Below, piece by piece: positions 1 to 12,508 of a stretch of DNA of 64,000 nt (its first letter is position 1; each line of letters opens with the position of its first letter). A program made the position numbers and the translations under genes. A model generated the notes under the pieces. The model was given only the letters and a program-made list of their open reading frames with translations. It ran no database searches and was not told the DNA's origin. This DNA is from Synechococcus sp. (GTDB lineage Bacteria; Cyanobacteriota; Cyanobacteriia; PCC-6307; Cyanobiaceae): NCBI GenBank assembly GCA_047285535.1, contig JBJBDC010000001.1, forward strand, positions 1,440,136 to 1,504,135, read 5' to 3'.

Positions 1-1107
1 CAAACGCTGATACCCATCTAAGAGCCTCTGACGCTCTTCTCGGTTCTCCAGCAGAGGAATCGCCAACTTCACAAGCTTGTCAGCATTGAAGTCATCCTGT
101 AGTAGCTCAGGAACTAAACGCTCCTCCAACAGAAGGTTGACTGGCGAGATGTGATCAACTCGAAAACGGAGAAGATGGCGTGCCACCCAAGCCGTGACCT
201 TGCTGACGCGATAGCCAACGACTTGAGGAACCCCCTGAAGAGCTAGTTCCAAATTCACTGTGCCCGACTTTCCCAGTGCCAGGTTTGCAGCTGCAAACAT
301 GAAAGGCTTCAGCGCATCAGTCTGGGTAGCAGGGATTATCTTGCCGCGAACCCCAGCCTGGTCCAAAGCCAGACGCAAAGGTTCCTCAAAGCGTGACAAC
401 CCCGCAGGAACCATGACGTTTAAAGATGGATCGCGAGCCTGAAGGATGGCGGCGGCCTGCACCAACTCAGGCATGAGATATCGCATCTCCTGAGGACGTG
501 ATGCAGGCATCAAAAGAAGAAGGGAGCCTTCCGAAGGCAGCTCCAACTCACGGCGCGCTGCTTGCTGGTCAAGAGAAAGAGGAACGGTATCGAGGAGGGG
601 ATGACCGACCCAGGTGACCTCAGCACCACGTAGGGCATAAAACTGCGCTTCCTCTGGGAAAATTGCCAGAATTCGATCCGTGAACCTCAACAGACTTTTG
701 GTCCCTCCATCCCCAATTCGCCAGGCCCATTCTTGGGGTGCGATGTAGTAGGTGATTGGGACATCGGGCAGACGATGCCTGAGGTTATGGCCTAAGCGCA
801 CATTGGCGCCCATGTAATCAATTAAAACCACTCCATCGGGCGGACGATCTTTCAACACACGATCAACCCTGGATTGCAATCGAATCGTGGGAACAATCAA
901 AGGGAGGGCTTCCCAAAGGCCAATCGCTCCCATCGGAGAGGTATCAGCAAGCAACTCAGCTCCGGCAGCCTGCATGCGCTCACCACCAAGGGCAAGAACT
1001 TCTAAATCAAGTCCACGGCGTTGAGCGACTCGCCAAAGCGCCTTAATGAGCAGACTTCCCTGCAAATCTCCTGACACCTCACCTGTACTGATCAGCAATC
1101 TCACCAT
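1..1107 (-). CDS. lpxB: Lipid-A-disaccharide synthase (3' end runs off the window)
   Basis: Not in the ORF track. Manual translation from ATG 1107 gives [17 protein letters not shown]...LIDYMGAN...[10 protein letters not shown]...VGHPLLD, which are LpxB motifs. The start overlaps the lpxA stop. Confidence 0.95.
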   Translation of the reverse strand, partial: MVRLLISTGEVSGDLQGSLLIKALWRVAQRRGLDLEVLALGGERMQAAGAELLADTSPMGAIGLWEALPLIVPTIRLQSRVDRVLKDRPPDGVVLIDYMGANVRLGHNLRHRLPDVPITYYIAPQEWAWRIGDGGTKSLLRFTDRILAIFPEEAQFYALRGAEVTWVGHPLLDTVPLSLDQQAARRELELPSEGSLLLLMPASRPQEMRYLMPELVQAAAILQARDPSLNVMVPAGLSRFEEPLRLALDQAGVRGKIIPATQTDALKPFMFAAANLALGKSGTVNLELALQGVPQVVGYRVSKVTAWVARHLLRFRVDHISPVNLLLEERLVPELLQDDFNADKLVKLAIPLLENREERQRLLDGYQRL

Positions 1108-1958
1108 CAGCGACTCGATGGAGGAGGCATCGGTCCCCTTCGACCTGATGACAAAGAACCTTCAAGAAAGGTGCAAAGATGATCAGCTGCGGGCTTGAGA
1201 GCCTGTTTTCTAGCCAAATTCAAGCCATCAGCAATCACTAGATCGGAGCGATAAAGCAACGACCAAACCTCCTGAAGCTGTTTAAATTCATGCCCCCCGT
1301 CATGGCGATGCAAGCCCTGGCGGCGCAGACCAACACGGTTCAGACCCCGAACCCTGCCTGGATGCCCTTCGACGAGACAATAGGGAGGGACATCGCGATC
1401 CACACGGGTCATCCCGCCAACCATGGCCATTCCTCCGATGTGAACGAATTGATGAATCCCTAGACATCCGCCGATCACAGCACGGTCTTCAATCAGCACA
1501 TGGCCTGCAACTTGGATGCCATTCGACATCACAATGTTGTCTCCAAGCAAACAATTGTGCCCTAGGTGGCAATAAGCCATGAGCAGATTGTTATCGCCAA
1601 TCCGGGTCTGCTCGCCCTCGTCCGTTGCACGATTAATCGTGACGCATTCACGAATGGTGTTGTGATTACCAATCACAACCTCCGTAGGAGCACCTTTGTA
1701 TTTCAAATCTTGAGGTTCTTGCCCCAAGCAAGCACCTGGATAAATGCGGTTATGGGCACCGATACGAAGATGACCATCGAGCACAACGTTGGGACCCACC
1801 CAAGTGTTCGGCCCAATCCTCACCTCAGGACCAATAACAGCCCCAGGACCGATGACGACGCCAGAAGCCAGGTCGGCCTTGGAGTCAACAACCGCCATAG
1901 GATGAACCTGAGCGGGGCGATCATCCGTGATCACTGATGTGGAGTGTTCCTCACCCAT
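1107..1958 (-). CDS. lpxA: UDP-N-acetylglucosamine O-acyltransferase
   Basis: Hexapeptide repeats, [30 protein letters not shown]; lipid A operon context; ATG 1958 chosen as start. Confidence 0.96.
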   Translation of the reverse strand: MGEEHSTSVITDDRPAQVHPMAVVDSKADLASGVVIGPGAVIGPEVRIGPNTWVGPNVVLDGHLRIGAHNRIYPGACLGQEPQDLKYKGAPTEVVIGNHNTIRECVTINRATDEGEQTRIGDNNLLMAYCHLGHNCLLGDNIVMSNGIQVAGHVLIEDRAVIGGCLGIHQFVHIGGMAMVGGMTRVDRDVPPYCLVEGHPGRVRGLNRVGLRRQGLHRHDGGHEFKQLQEVWSLLYRSDLVIADGLNLARKQALKPAADHLCTFLEGSLSSGRRGPMPPPSSR

Positions 1959-1963
1959 CACTC

Positions 1964-2428
1964 TCAATCCACCAGAGAGAACATCAGATCACCGGAGCAG
2001 ACAAGCTGTCCCTCAACGGTGGCCTCAGCCTTGACTTTCCCAAAACGCTTGCGCTTGAGGCTTAGCAACACGCAGTTGATTCGCAATTGATCTCCAGGCA
2101 CCACCGGGCGACGAAAACGAACACCATCGATTCCAGCAAACACAAACAAGCCCTGGGGGAGGTCGGGCATCTGCGTGACAATTAAGCCACCAACCTGGGC
2201 CATCGCTTCCACAATCAAGACTCCAGGCATCAGAGGACGTCCTGGGAAATGGCCTTGAAATTGTGGCTCATTCAGAGTGACGTTTTTGATGGCGACAGCA
2301 CGCTCACCCGGAACATGTTCAATCACCCTATCTACTAAGGCAAAGGGGTAACGATGCGGTAGCAACCCCATGATTTGCTCGGCATTGAGCACCGCAGCGG
2401 ACGTGTCGGCAGAAGCAAGAACGGTCAA
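1964..2428 (-). CDS. fabZ: 3-hydroxyacyl-ACP dehydratase
   Basis: [30 protein letters not shown]. Confidence 0.97.
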   Translation of the reverse strand: MTVLASADTSAAVLNAEQIMGLLPHRYPFALVDRVIEHVPGERAVAIKNVTLNEPQFQGHFPGRPLMPGVLIVEAMAQVGGLIVTQMPDLPQGLFVFAGIDGVRFRRPVVPGDQLRINCVLLSLKRKRFGKVKAEATVEGQLVCSGDLMFSLVD

Positions 2429-3288
2429 GTGGCTAAGCCCTGGGAGACGTATTGATCGGCAAGTGCCGCGGCCAGGTCAGTATGAAGACCATGGGATCCG
2501 CGATAGGCCAGCACCTGAGCTTGAGGGAAACCCACAAGGGCTAGATCACCGATCAGATCCAAGATCTTATGGCGCACTGGCTCATCTGGAAAACGCAGTG
2601 GTGGATTCATCCAAGTATCACCGTCACAAACGAGCGCATTCTCTAAAGCACCGCCGCGAATCAAACCAGAAGCTCTGAGATATTCAACTTGCTCGCGGAA
2701 ACCAAAAGTTCGAGCAGGGGCAATGTCATCAACAAACCTCTGAGGAGTGAGTTCCACACAAAGTTGCTGACAGCCAATCGCTTGTTGCGGAAAATCAATC
2801 ACGCCTATCAGAGTGAAGCGCTCGGCAGGCGTGGCAATGATGGAACTACTGCCGCGATACAAAACCAAAGGGGTTGTTAAAACCAAAGGGGCCTGACGTG
2901 GAGTCACAGCCGCAGACAAACCCGCCTCAGCAATGGCCTCTACCCAACCCAAGGCTGAGCCATCAAGCAGTGGGACTTCAGGACCAGACACCTGGAGTTC
3001 AGCATGAGAGACCCCGCATCCCGCCAGTGCTGCAAGCAAATGCTCCACAGTGACAAGTTGCTTATCACCAAAATCCAACGTGGTGCAAAGCGGGCTGTCG
3101 CGAACCTGTGAAGGCTTTAATCGAACAGGTTCTGAGCCTTCATCAAGCCAGCGCACATAAATACCCTCCTGACTTGAGGGGGCAAGGGTTACTTCACTGT
3201 GCTGCCCACTGTGGAGCCCAATCCCCGATCGAGAGACGCGAGAGGCCAGCGTCCAGGCTCCGTTGTAATCCGAAGGCCAGCACACCAT
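2425..3288 (-). CDS. lpxC: UDP-3-O-acyl-GlcNAc deacetylase
   Basis: [37 protein letters not shown] 3288 overlaps the bamA stop. Confidence 0.96.
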   Translation of the reverse strand: MVCWPSDYNGAWTLASRVSRSGIGLHSGQHSEVTLAPSSQEGIYVRWLDEGSEPVRLKPSQVRDSPLCTTLDFGDKQLVTVEHLLAALAGCGVSHAELQVSGPEVPLLDGSALGWVEAIAEAGLSAAVTPRQAPLVLTTPLVLYRGSSSIIATPAERFTLIGVIDFPQQAIGCQQLCVELTPQRFVDDIAPARTFGFREQVEYLRASGLIRGGALENALVCDGDTWMNPPLRFPDEPVRHKILDLIGDLALVGFPQAQVLAYRGSHGLHTDLAAALADQYVSQGLAT

Positions 3289-5546
3289 CAAAACTTCCAG
3301 CCAACACCAAGGTTGAAGCGCCATTCGCCGGTGAAGTCTTGACTAGCCACCTCAAGCCGGAGAGGTCCAACTGGCGTCGTAACAATCACACCGGTACCCA
3401 CAGAGAACCCGGATCCAGGCTTTTTGAGCAACGTGCCTGGCTTTCCAGGCACGTTGCTCTGAGAGCCGAAGTCTGTGCCAGCATCCACGAATAGCTCTCC
3501 TTGGAAAATACTGATGATCGGGAAGCGATATTCCAAAGTTGCCTCGCCATAACTGCGTCCAACAGCTAAATCACAGTCGTACCAACCACGCACGGAATTC
3601 GAACCACCCAGACAAAACGCCTCATAAGGGGGGAGATCGCCAACAATGGAACCAGCTTTCAACTGAATACCAATAGCTTGCGGGCAATTTTCTTTTTCAC
3701 CTGGCTTAGGCCTGCAACCCTTGGCAATTTTCAACCAATTCACAGGGAAAAACTGGGTGTAACTTGCTTTAACACGGTTAAATGTTGGAGAGTTTTCACC
3801 AACAGAAATAAACTGTTCAGTACCAAAGCTAAAGAAGTTACCCGAAGTTGGGTTGCGAGGGTCATTCAAAGTGTTATATGTAGCCGCCAGGCGTAATCCA
3901 GCAAGATTGTTCTCATTAGCGCAATCATAAGAGATACAAATTATATTTTCGTTCAAGACGCTATCGTCAGCGCTTCTACTTGGCGTGCCATAAATACGCG
4001 TCTTACCCTCAAAATTAATCGGTCTTACATTCTGCACGTTCAACCCTGCCAAAATCTGCCAGGGAACATTTTTGTAAGGGTCCCCACCATTAAGAGGCCG
4101 AGCAAAGATGATATTCCCTCCAACTCTTTGCAAAGCTACAGAATCACCTTGATAATCAAACCAACTTACATCTGGGAACAACTCTGAAGCTTCAGCAACA
4201 TTATCAAACTTCCTTCCAGCTGGATTTCCCGTCCTGCTAATTTCATAAGCAAGAGTAGAGTTATTGTCTTGATAATCAGTAACTGTAACAATGTCACCAT
4301 TGTTTTGACTCTGAAAAACCTGGGGGACTTCTCGGCTCAGGAAAATAGAAGTCCGGAATGAGGTGCGATGAGAATCCCCCTTAATCCATGGATCAGTAAA
4401 TGTGAAATTTGCAAGTCCGCCAAATTGTCCATAAGTCAGATTGAGAGCCAGGTTCCAAGCTCTACCAAACAGATTGCTATCTTGAAGCTGAACTTGCCCA
4501 AAGACGCCCTGACTTTGGCTGTACCCCAAGCCACCGGAAAGTGAACCTGTGGATTGTTCAACAATACCCAAAATAATATTGACGTTTCCAGGATCTCCTT
4601 CAACAGGCTTCAAAGTAACTTTCACGTCACTAAACAAAGACGTCCCATAAAGACGCTTGATGTCTGCCTCAAGCTGATTTCGGTTGAACGGTTCGCCAGG
4701 CTTGATCGATATTTCTCGAGTCACAACCCACGGTTTAGTTTTCCCACGAATTGGCTCACCTTTCTCATTGGTACTCTCACCTTCTTTGTTTAGAAACTGC
4801 ACCTCAACACCAGCCACCGTACCGATGACCAACTTGAGTTCGACGACACCATCAGGACTGACTCGAGTTGGTCCAGTGACCCTTGCAAGTGAGTAGCCCT
4901 CACCTGAAAACCACTTTTGTAATTCCTTGATGCGAAGCTGAAGTTCAGCAAGATTCAGCGTGCGACCGTAATCAGAACTGAAAGTATCCTCAATGACCTC
5001 TGGAGGAATTTCATTATCTTCCGGAAGCAGTTCAACCTTGGTGAGGACTGGATTTGGAACAACCTGAACAACAAGCTGAACTCCTAAGGGGCCATTGATC
5101 GGTTCAATACGTACATCAGAGAACCAGCCAGTGGCATAGATCGCATCCAAATCGACTTTGAGCTCTTCTCTTGTCACACGACTGCCAGGTCGAACGGTCA
5201 TAGCGTCATAGGCCGCTAGTTCAACACGCTCTTGCTCGGGATGGCCATCAATCCCATCAATGAGAACCTCTGTAATCAGCACTCGAGGCTGTTCAGGAGT
5301 TTCATCAATTGCAGCACTAGGGTCTGCGTCAATCTGCTCGAATTCATCGACTTCAACGCTTTGAGCAGGAGTATTCCCCTCAATCAAAGCCTCCTCCAGC
5401 TGAATCTGTTCATCTGGGGCTTGATTGGAATCCGCCTCAGATTGAGCATGAGCAGGGAGTGAGGTCAGAAGCGGAAGAGCTAGAGCGAGCCCCAAAGCTC
5501 CTCTCCGAACGACGTTCCGAGGTCGGACTGAGGAGGGAGTGACCAT
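3288..5546 (-). CDS. bamA: Omp85/BamA outer membrane assembly protein
   Basis: Signal peptide, POTRA-like repeats, LGGSNSVRGW, C-terminal GVGWKF. Confidence 0.93.
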   Translation of the reverse strand: MVTPSSVRPRNVVRRGALGLALALPLLTSLPAHAQSEADSNQAPDEQIQLEEALIEGNTPAQSVEVDEFEQIDADPSAAIDETPEQPRVLITEVLIDGIDGHPEQERVELAAYDAMTVRPGSRVTREELKVDLDAIYATGWFSDVRIEPINGPLGVQLVVQVVPNPVLTKVELLPEDNEIPPEVIEDTFSSDYGRTLNLAELQLRIKELQKWFSGEGYSLARVTGPTRVSPDGVVELKLVIGTVAGVEVQFLNKEGESTNEKGEPIRGKTKPWVVTREISIKPGEPFNRNQLEADIKRLYGTSLFSDVKVTLKPVEGDPGNVNIILGIVEQSTGSLSGGLGYSQSQGVFGQVQLQDSNLFGRAWNLALNLTYGQFGGLANFTFTDPWIKGDSHRTSFRTSIFLSREVPQVFQSQNNGDIVTVTDYQDNNSTLAYEISRTGNPAGRKFDNVAEASELFPDVSWFDYQGDSVALQRVGGNIIFARPLNGGDPYKNVPWQILAGLNVQNVRPINFEGKTRIYGTPSRSADDSVLNENIICISYDCANENNLAGLRLAATYNTLNDPRNPTSGNFFSFGTEQFISVGENSPTFNRVKASYTQFFPVNWLKIAKGCRPKPGEKENCPQAIGIQLKAGSIVGDLPPYEAFCLGGSNSVRGWYDCDLAVGRSYGEATLEYRFPIISIFQGELFVDAGTDFGSQSNVPGKPGTLLKKPGSGFSVGTGVIVTTPVGPLRLEVASQDFTGEWRFNLGVGWKF

Positions 5547-5593
5547 GAGGTGATCAGGATGTCGGCCTAAATGGCCAGAAATGTCCGGTGACC

Positions 5594-6346
5594 TTACCTG
5601 TATTTGCGTGGTTTAGGCATGGCCCCTTGGACCCGTTTGTAGACCTCCCCGTAGGCGTCGATCACTCCTCCAAGATCCTGACGGAAACGATCCTTGTCCA
5701 AAATTCGCTGTTTTTTATCCTGGATGCACAAATCCCAAAGCCGGCAGGTATCAGGACTTATTTCGTCAGCAACAAGTAATTCACCTGCTGTATTCCATCC
5801 AAGCTCGAGCTTGAAATCCACCAATTGAAGATTGAGATCAAAGAAGAAGGGGATCAAAACAGCATTCACCCGTCTTGCTAAAGTCTCGATTTCCTGACGA
5901 CATTTCTGACTGACTAAGTCAAGCAAAAACAGACGAGAGTCCGTCAGAAGAGGATCGCCAAGATCATCATCTTTGTAATAGAGATCTAGCAAGGCTGGAT
6001 CCAACAATGTGCCTGGGGGAATAGGGGTTTGGCGGCATAGAGATCCCGTTGCCACATTACGCAGCACAACTTCAATTGGAATCACCTTCACGGGTTGGAC
6101 CACCATCCAATCATCCAACTCGAGTCCGCAGTAGTGAGTTCGAATTCCTTCACGTTCCAACAACTCAAATAGACAGGCTGAAATCAGACAATTAAGTCGC
6201 CCTTTACCATCAAGTTGTTGGTGCTTTTGGGCATTGAAAGCAGTGGCATCGTTTTTGAATTCAACCAAGACTTCCCCCGCTCGGCCCGATGCATAAATAC
6301 GTTTAGCCTTCCCTTCATAGAGGAGCGGTCCATGGGTCATGGTCAT
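5594..6346 (-). CDS. purC: SAICAR synthase
   Basis: [43 protein letters not shown]. Confidence 0.97.
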   Translation of the reverse strand: MTMTHGPLLYEGKAKRIYASGRAGEVLVEFKNDATAFNAQKHQQLDGKGRLNCLISACLFELLEREGIRTHYCGLELDDWMVVQPVKVIPIEVVLRNVATGSLCRQTPIPPGTLLDPALLDLYYKDDDLGDPLLTDSRLFLLDLVSQKCRQEIETLARRVNAVLIPFFFDLNLQLVDFKLELGWNTAGELLVADEISPDTCRLWDLCIQDKKQRILDKDRFRQDLGGVIDAYGEVYKRVQGAMPKPRKYR

Positions 6347-7329
6347 GGTGTGGCCAACGGGTTGGGAGCCGGAGCTTCAGATGAATTTGATTCTCCCAGG
6401 GAGGCATGGCCACCTGCCGCTCGAGGCGAGCGGATCTGATCCTCCAGCTGCTGTAAACCTTCAGGATCCAGAGCAGGAGATGACTTCTCGAGCTCTAGGA
6501 GAGTAAATCGGTCATCAACCCTGGTCGCCAAACGACGCAATCGCTCTCGAGGTCGATCAGTATCTCCACCATGCTGAAGCGCCAACCGCAATTGCAAGCG
6601 GAGTAACTCTTCCGCAAGCCCCCAGGCTTGCTCAACCGCGGCCTGATCCAAGGCCGATTCCAACAAAACAGTACTGCGGTGTGAATCCAGAGACGCCAGG
6701 AGCTCGGCGACAAGGCCAAGCCTGCGAGCAGCCACAACTCCTGGGGTGCGTCCTGCCAAGAGCACAGTGACGGCATCTTCAGGACGCCCTGCTGCCAACT
6801 CATGCTGCGCGAGTACATCAAGCGCTGATCGTGTGAGCGGCAATCCATCATCCGATTGGCCAACAACCAACATTTCGCCATCGAGGCGGGTCAAATCCCC
6901 ATCGGCAAGACGTCTAAGCGCAAGCACAGCACGATCCTGATCCAGGGCGGCACTGGCTGCTTGCCACGAAAGGAGCAACCACTGCCTGCGTTGTGAACCA
7001 GGCGCAGGCCCAAATCGACTCAACACGGTCTGAGTGCTGTCTGGCGCCTTGCAGACCATCAGAGCCCTGGCATTGGCCATCACAACTGCAAAGGGCTGTG
7101 GCGATGGCGCCACCAGCATCAAACGATCACGAAGCAAACGAAGGCGCTCTTGCAAATTGAAGAGATCGGCATCGGCACACGCCATCGACAACTGTTCAAT
7201 TCCACCTTGTTCCAAGACCAATTCAAAGGCCTCCGGCGTCATCGGCATCAGAGGGGATTGCACAGGAGCCGAATCCAACGGGGGTGCTGCCGCCAGCAGG
7301 ATAAAAAGTGGCAGGGAAAAGAGCCCCAT
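6343..7329 (-). CDS. Hypothetical protein, predicted secreted and helical
   Basis: Long ORF with a signal-like N-terminus, overlapping the purC start; start codon uncertain. Confidence 0.75.
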   Translation of the reverse strand: MGLFSLPLFILLAAAPPLDSAPVQSPLMPMTPEAFELVLEQGGIEQLSMACADADLFNLQERLRLLRDRLMLVAPSPQPFAVVMANARALMVCKAPDSTQTVLSRFGPAPGSQRRQWLLLSWQAASAALDQDRAVLALRRLADGDLTRLDGEMLVVGQSDDGLPLTRSALDVLAQHELAAGRPEDAVTVLLAGRTPGVVAARRLGLVAELLASLDSHRSTVLLESALDQAAVEQAWGLAEELLRLQLRLALQHGGDTDRPRERLRRLATRVDDRFTLLELEKSSPALDPEGLQQLEDQIRSPRAAGGHASLGESNSSEAPAPNPLATP

Positions 7330-7430
7330 GGACTGACAGTCGTTCAACAAAGATGGACATCAAGGGCAACGCGTTAAACATTGCCCTTGATGTCCAAACC
7401 TAAGGGTCACAACCCGTTCAGCACCCTCCT

Positions 7431-8768
7431 ATGTCCATCTCCAATACCCGTCCCTTCTCATTACCACCGTTGCGCAATCTGCTCGTGGTCGGTGGTGGCG
7501 GACGAGAGCAGGCTTTGGCTTGGGCGCTTAAGCGCTGCCAAGACGTGGAGGAGATCTGGATCACGCCCGGGAACGCCGGCACCTCCACCCTGAAAGGATG
7601 CAAGTCACTTGAGATTGCCGAGGATGATCACAACAGAATCATTGCGGAGTGCAAATCTCACAGCATTGATCTTGTTGTAATCGGGCCAGAAGCCCCCTTG
7701 GCTGCTGGGCTCGCTGACAAGCTTCGCGGAGAGAGCATCGCTGTGTTTGGCCCTAGCGCGGAGGGCGCACAGCTGGAAGCGAGTAAAGCTTGGGCGAAGC
7801 AATTAATGCAGGAAGCAGGGATTCCCACCGCAGGGCACTGGACTGTGGCAAGCGAACAGGAGGCGCTTTCCCTGCTCCAGCAACTCAAACGTCCATTAGT
7901 CGTGAAGGCGGATGGTCTTGCAGCAGGGAAAGGTGTAACGGTGGCAACCTCCGTGGAAGAAACAGCCGCCGCAATCCACGCCGCTTTCCAGGGTCGCTTC
8001 GGAATGGCAGGCGAACAGCTTGTGCTGGAAGAACTGTTAAGCGGGCCAGAAGTATCAGTCTTTGCCCTTTGCGATGGTGAGCACATGGTTCTGCTTCCAC
8101 CTGCGCAGGATCACAAACGACTGAAGGATGGTGACCAAGGTCCTAATACAGGAGGCATGGGAGCTTATGCACCGGCCCCACTTCTTGATCAAAAGGGTCT
8201 CGAGCAGGTCCGCCTACAGATTTTAGAGCCAACCCTTAAAGCTCTCCGACATCGAGGAATCCACTATCGAGGAGTGATTTATGCAGGGCTCATGCTGACC
8301 TCCGATGGTCCACAGGTCATCGAATTCAATTGCCGCTTTGGAGATCCTGAATGTCAAGCCCTCATGCCGCTCATGGGACCTGAACTGGCTCGGGTTCTAC
8401 AGGCCTGTGCCCTGGGACGTCTCACTGAAGCTCCGCCCCTCACTGAGGTGGAGCTCTGCAGTGCCTGTGTCGTTGCGGCAGCCGCTGGTTATCCAGACAG
8501 CCCCCGAAAAGGCGATCCGATTGCGATTGCTTTGAGCGCAGACCAAACCCGAAAGCAACAACTTCAGTTGTTCCATGCGGGCACGTGCCACAGCATGAAT
8601 GGAGTGCTTGAGACCGCAGGCGGACGTGTGCTTTCGATCGTGGCCCAAGCCACTGATTTCGATCAGGCTTTCGCGAAAGCCTACGAAGGCCTTAAGCAGG
8701 TCGAATTCAAAGGTATGCAATTTAGAAAAGATATCGGCCATCAAGTCCGCGGACCTAAGCTTTTATAA
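7431..8768 (+). CDS. purD: Phosphoribosylamine-glycine ligase
   Basis: GGGGRE, VIGPEAPL, KADGLAAGKGV, QDHKR, GPNTGGMG, EFNCRFGDPE. Confidence 0.97.
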   Translation: MSISNTRPFSLPPLRNLLVVGGGGREQALAWALKRCQDVEEIWITPGNAGTSTLKGCKSLEIAEDDHNRIIAECKSHSIDLVVIGPEAPLAAGLADKLRGESIAVFGPSAEGAQLEASKAWAKQLMQEAGIPTAGHWTVASEQEALSLLQQLKRPLVVKADGLAAGKGVTVATSVEETAAAIHAAFQGRFGMAGEQLVLEELLSGPEVSVFALCDGEHMVLLPPAQDHKRLKDGDQGPNTGGMGAYAPAPLLDQKGLEQVRLQILEPTLKALRHRGIHYRGVIYAGLMLTSDGPQVIEFNCRFGDPECQALMPLMGPELARVLQACALGRLTEAPPLTEVELCSACVVAAAAGYPDSPRKGDPIAIALSADQTRKQQLQLFHAGTCHSMNGVLETAGGRVLSIVAQATDFDQAFAKAYEGLKQVEFKGMQFRKDIGHQVRGPKLL

Positions 8769-8795
8769 CCATCTACGCGCCATCATTGATGCACC

Positions 8796-10886
8796 ATGAG
8801 TAGTGGTTCGGAACCCGCTTCTGCGAACTACACTCCGTCCTCATGGGCCGGACAAGTCTCTTCGGAAGCAACCCATGAGGAGACGGGTCTTTGGCATGGG
8901 ATCAGGCTCTGGTGGGCCGAGTTCAGCCTTCAAACCAAACTGCTGGCCATCGCCACGCTCGTGGTGAGCCTGATGATGACCAGCATCACATTTTTCGCAC
9001 TCAATGGCATCCAACGTGATGCAGTAATGAATGACACCCGCTATGCGCGCGATCTGGGATTGCTGCTAGCAGGCAATGTCACTGAACTGGTGGCAGACGG
9101 ACATGATCGAGAACTGGCCAATGTGGCCGAACAGTTTTGGCGGTCAAGTCGAAGCCTTCGTTACATCTTTTTTGCTGATCCACAAGGCGTTGTTTACCTC
9201 GGGATTCCCATCAGTGGAAACGATAATGAAACAAGAGGGGATCTTCGTCTCAACAGACGCCTTGAACTACCAAGCGAACTGCGATCTCGACCTAAAAATC
9301 CCTTAATCCGGCAACATCTCACTCCTGATGGCCAGGTCACTGATGTTTTCGTGCCGTTAATCCAAGAGGGTCGTTATCTCGGTGTTCTTGCTCTTGGAGT
9401 CAATCCCAATGATTCGGCATTAGCAAGCGCCTCTCTCACCCGAGAGGTCACTGTTGCGGTTTTTATCTCAATCTGGGTGCTCGTGATCCTTGGTGCTGTC
9501 TTCAATGCCTTAACGATTACAAGACCAGTCAAGGAGCTTCTGCGTGGTGTTCGGTCTATTGCTGATGGAGATTTTCAAGCGAGGATTGGTCTTCCAATTG
9601 GTGGAGAACTCGGTGAGCTATTGGATGGATTTAATGCAATGGCCTCACAGCTTCAAGTTTACGACGCAGCAAACATCGAGGAATTGCAAGCCGCCCAGGT
9701 CAAGCAAGCATCTTTAATCGCGACGATGGCGGATGGAGCAGTCTTACTAGATGAAAAAGGTCAGATTGTGTTAGCCAATCCAACCGCTCGACGGTTGTTT
9801 CGCTGGGAGGGTCGCAATCTAGAAGGACAAGACTTTCTCAATGAAATCCCTGATCTTTTAGCAATCGAGCTTCATGACCCGCTCGACGGTGTTTTGAATC
9901 AAGGTCGTGACAGCAATGAATTACGCAGCAGCATCGGTGAGCCACCCCGCACCTTGCGATTCGTACTCCAAGCCGTCCGCGAACCCAGTGGAGAGTCTTT
10001 GAAGGGCATAGCGGTGACAATGCAAGACCTCACCCGCGAAGTGGAGCTCAACGCGGCTCAAAGCAGATTCATTAGCAACGTGTCCCATGAACTACGCACA
10101 CCGCTGTTCAACATCAAAAGCTATGTAGAAACCCTCTACGAAATGGGGGATCAACTCAGCGTTGCAGATCAACAAGAATTTCTAGGTGTTGCCAATTCAG
10201 AAACAGATCGGCTCACGCGACTCGTCAACGATGTACTCGACTTATCAAGACTGGAATCTCATCACAGCGTTAAGTTTTCCGCACTTGATCTAAGACCTGG
10301 TCTTGAACAAACCCTTCGTAGCTACCAATTAAATGCTTCAGATAAACAAGTCCATCTAGAATTAAATGCTTCCATCGATCTGCCAGACATTCTTGGAAAC
10401 TGGGATTTACTTCTCCAGGTCTTTGATAATCTCGTTGGCAACGCCCTCAAGTTCAGTCGAAGCGGCAGTCGCATTGTCTTACGCGCCTACACATGGCCGG
10501 ACAGCTGTTTCATGCGCCCACTACCGGAAGACTCAGTCCAAGCACCTCAGTGTGAGCTTGTTTCACCATTACCAAAACTACGGGTTGAAATCAGTGACAC
10601 GGGTTATGGGATCAGCGAGGACAAACAACAACGAATTTTTGAGCGCTTCTACCGGGTAGAGAATGCTGTACATACAGAAGCTGGAACTGGCCTAGGGTTG
10701 TCCATCGTGCGAGGTATTTTAGAGAAACACAGCAGCGTCATCAGAATGGCAAGCGAACCAGATGTGGGAACCACATTTTGGTTCGATCTTCCACTCGCTC
10801 AATCTGATCATGACGAAATCAGACTTCAAGCGGAAAGACAAAGTCGATTTGATCGAGATGAAGTGGTGGAAGGTCCCACGACTTAA
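8796..10886 (+). CDS. nblS: Sensor histidine kinase NblS/Hik33
   Basis: Two TM helices, HAMP, PAS, SNVSHELRTPL H-box, HATPase; MNDTRYARDLGLLL. Confidence 0.93.
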   Translation: MSSGSEPASANYTPSSWAGQVSSEATHEETGLWHGIRLWWAEFSLQTKLLAIATLVVSLMMTSITFFALNGIQRDAVMNDTRYARDLGLLLAGNVTELVADGHDRELANVAEQFWRSSRSLRYIFFADPQGVVYLGIPISGNDNETRGDLRLNRRLELPSELRSRPKNPLIRQHLTPDGQVTDVFVPLIQEGRYLGVLALGVNPNDSALASASLTREVTVAVFISIWVLVILGAVFNALTITRPVKELLRGVRSIADGDFQARIGLPIGGELGELLDGFNAMASQLQVYDAANIEELQAAQVKQASLIATMADGAVLLDEKGQIVLANPTARRLFRWEGRNLEGQDFLNEIPDLLAIELHDPLDGVLNQGRDSNELRSSIGEPPRTLRFVLQAVREPSGESLKGIAVTMQDLTREVELNAAQSRFISNVSHELRTPLFNIKSYVETLYEMGDQLSVADQQEFLGVANSETDRLTRLVNDVLDLSRLESHHSVKFSALDLRPGLEQTLRSYQLNASDKQVHLELNASIDLPDILGNWDLLLQVFDNLVGNALKFSRSGSRIVLRAYTWPDSCFMRPLPEDSVQAPQCELVSPLPKLRVEISDTGYGISEDKQQRIFERFYRVENAVHTEAGTGLGLSIVRGILEKHSSVIRMASEPDVGTTFWFDLPLAQSDHDEIRLQAERQSRFDRDEVVEGPTT

Positions 10887-10903
10887 ATAAACTCCCGTAT
10901 CAC

Positions 10904-12442
10904 TTAAGACTCTGGCGCAACTCCACGGGCAATACGAGAAAGTTCACTCCGCTCATCCATCGTTACCCGATGAGGAACACCGCTAATAATCCTCTCAAAA
11001 TTCGAGAATGAATCCTTGATTTGGGGTCCATTCCCCGTGATCAGGAATTCACGAATACCACGGTCATGCCAAGATCCACGCATTTTAAAGACATTGAGCG
11101 CTCGAGCCATTTCACCTCGTATTTCAACATATTGCAGCAACAAAATAGTATCAGTGATCGTCGATATATGCGAGTCAGTTATTGAATGACTTCCCATGAA
11201 TTCTTCGGAGGTATTTGTAAAAAAGCCTGCAATTTCCTCCTGCTTGGCATATCCAGTCGCCCCAATCACAAACTGCCTGAAAGCGTTATGGCTAACACCA
11301 CGAGCCAGAGCAGACAAGGAATCAATTGCCATCCGTGTTGGCTTGAATTGACTGATTTCAGTTTTAATAATCTGCAAATGATCTTCAAGACCAGTGGACT
11401 CCGGATAAGCGCAGATAATCTTCAACAAACCATCTTGCTCCATCTGCTCAAAGTCAATCCCCCAACTCGCCCCGTTACGTAGCAATTGAGCCCGTGATTC
11501 TTCATAAGCAAACAATATTGCACGCTCTTTGTTATTACATGCATCCTCAATAAATTTTGAGACCAACAAGGTCTTGCCTGTACCTGTCGCTCCAGTCGCG
11601 AGGATGATCGAATCCTTGAAATAGCCACCGCCACACATCTCATCAAGCCTAGGAACGCCAGAGCTCACGCGTACATTTGATGAGCGCTGAGTAAGCCTCA
11701 TTGCTCCAAGCGGAAAGATGCTTATCCCATGCGCACCCATCGTGAAAGGGAACTCTCCCTTCATATGAGTAGTGCCCCTCAACTTGAGAATCTCTACAGT
11801 GCGACGCCGACGTTCCCCCTCAAGAACATTGCGAAGTATCACCACATTGTCAGAAACAAACTCTTCAACTCCATAACGAGCGATAGGCCCATATTCATCG
11901 ATTCTCTCAGTGGTCATCACAGTAGTCACCCCAATCTCTTTAAGACGGGCAATTAAACGAAAGATCTCCCTTCTCACAACAAAAACAGCGTCGTACTGCT
12001 GAAATACAGCTGTAATTGAATCGATTGCCACCCTTTTGGCTTTGTATTTGCGAATAGCGTAATTAATTCTTTCAATCAGACCAGATAGATCAAAACTTCC
12101 AGCCACATCCTGACCATCTGGATCTGGAGAAGCATCAAGAATAAAGAGCTTGTCTTGCTCTACCATCTCTTGCAAATTCCAGCCAAAGCTTGCGGCATTA
12201 CGCAGGATATCGAGAGGTGACTCTTCAAAAGTCACAAAAATGCCTGGCTCTTCGTAATGAGCAATTCCGTTATGGAGAAAATGCAATGAGAAAACGGTTT
12301 TACCCGTTCCAGAGGTCCCGCTGATCAGAGTGCTGCGTCCAATCGGCAACCCGCCATGACACACATCATCAAATCCGTCGATCCCAGTCGGAAGTTTCTG
12401 GACCTGCATATGAGGGGAACCACTTGAGCTAGAAATCTGCAT
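10904..12442 (-). CDS. kaiC: Circadian clock protein KaiC
   Basis: Two RecA-like domains (GTSGTGKT, GATGTGKT) and the SHISTITD phosphosite. Confidence 0.98.
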   Translation of the reverse strand: MQISSSSGSPHMQVQKLPTGIDGFDDVCHGGLPIGRSTLISGTSGTGKTVFSLHFLHNGIAHYEEPGIFVTFEESPLDILRNAASFGWNLQEMVEQDKLFILDASPDPDGQDVAGSFDLSGLIERINYAIRKYKAKRVAIDSITAVFQQYDAVFVVRREIFRLIARLKEIGVTTVMTTERIDEYGPIARYGVEEFVSDNVVILRNVLEGERRRRTVEILKLRGTTHMKGEFPFTMGAHGISIFPLGAMRLTQRSSNVRVSSGVPRLDEMCGGGYFKDSIILATGATGTGKTLLVSKFIEDACNNKERAILFAYEESRAQLLRNGASWGIDFEQMEQDGLLKIICAYPESTGLEDHLQIIKTEISQFKPTRMAIDSLSALARGVSHNAFRQFVIGATGYAKQEEIAGFFTNTSEEFMGSHSITDSHISTITDTILLLQYVEIRGEMARALNVFKMRGSWHDRGIREFLITGNGPQIKDSFSNFERIISGVPHRVTMDERSELSRIARGVAPES

Positions 12443-12508
12443 GACAGCGACCTTGCCTACCAACGCTAATAAGAAAAACCAAGTACAAGCTCTAGATCAC
12501 ACCCAGAC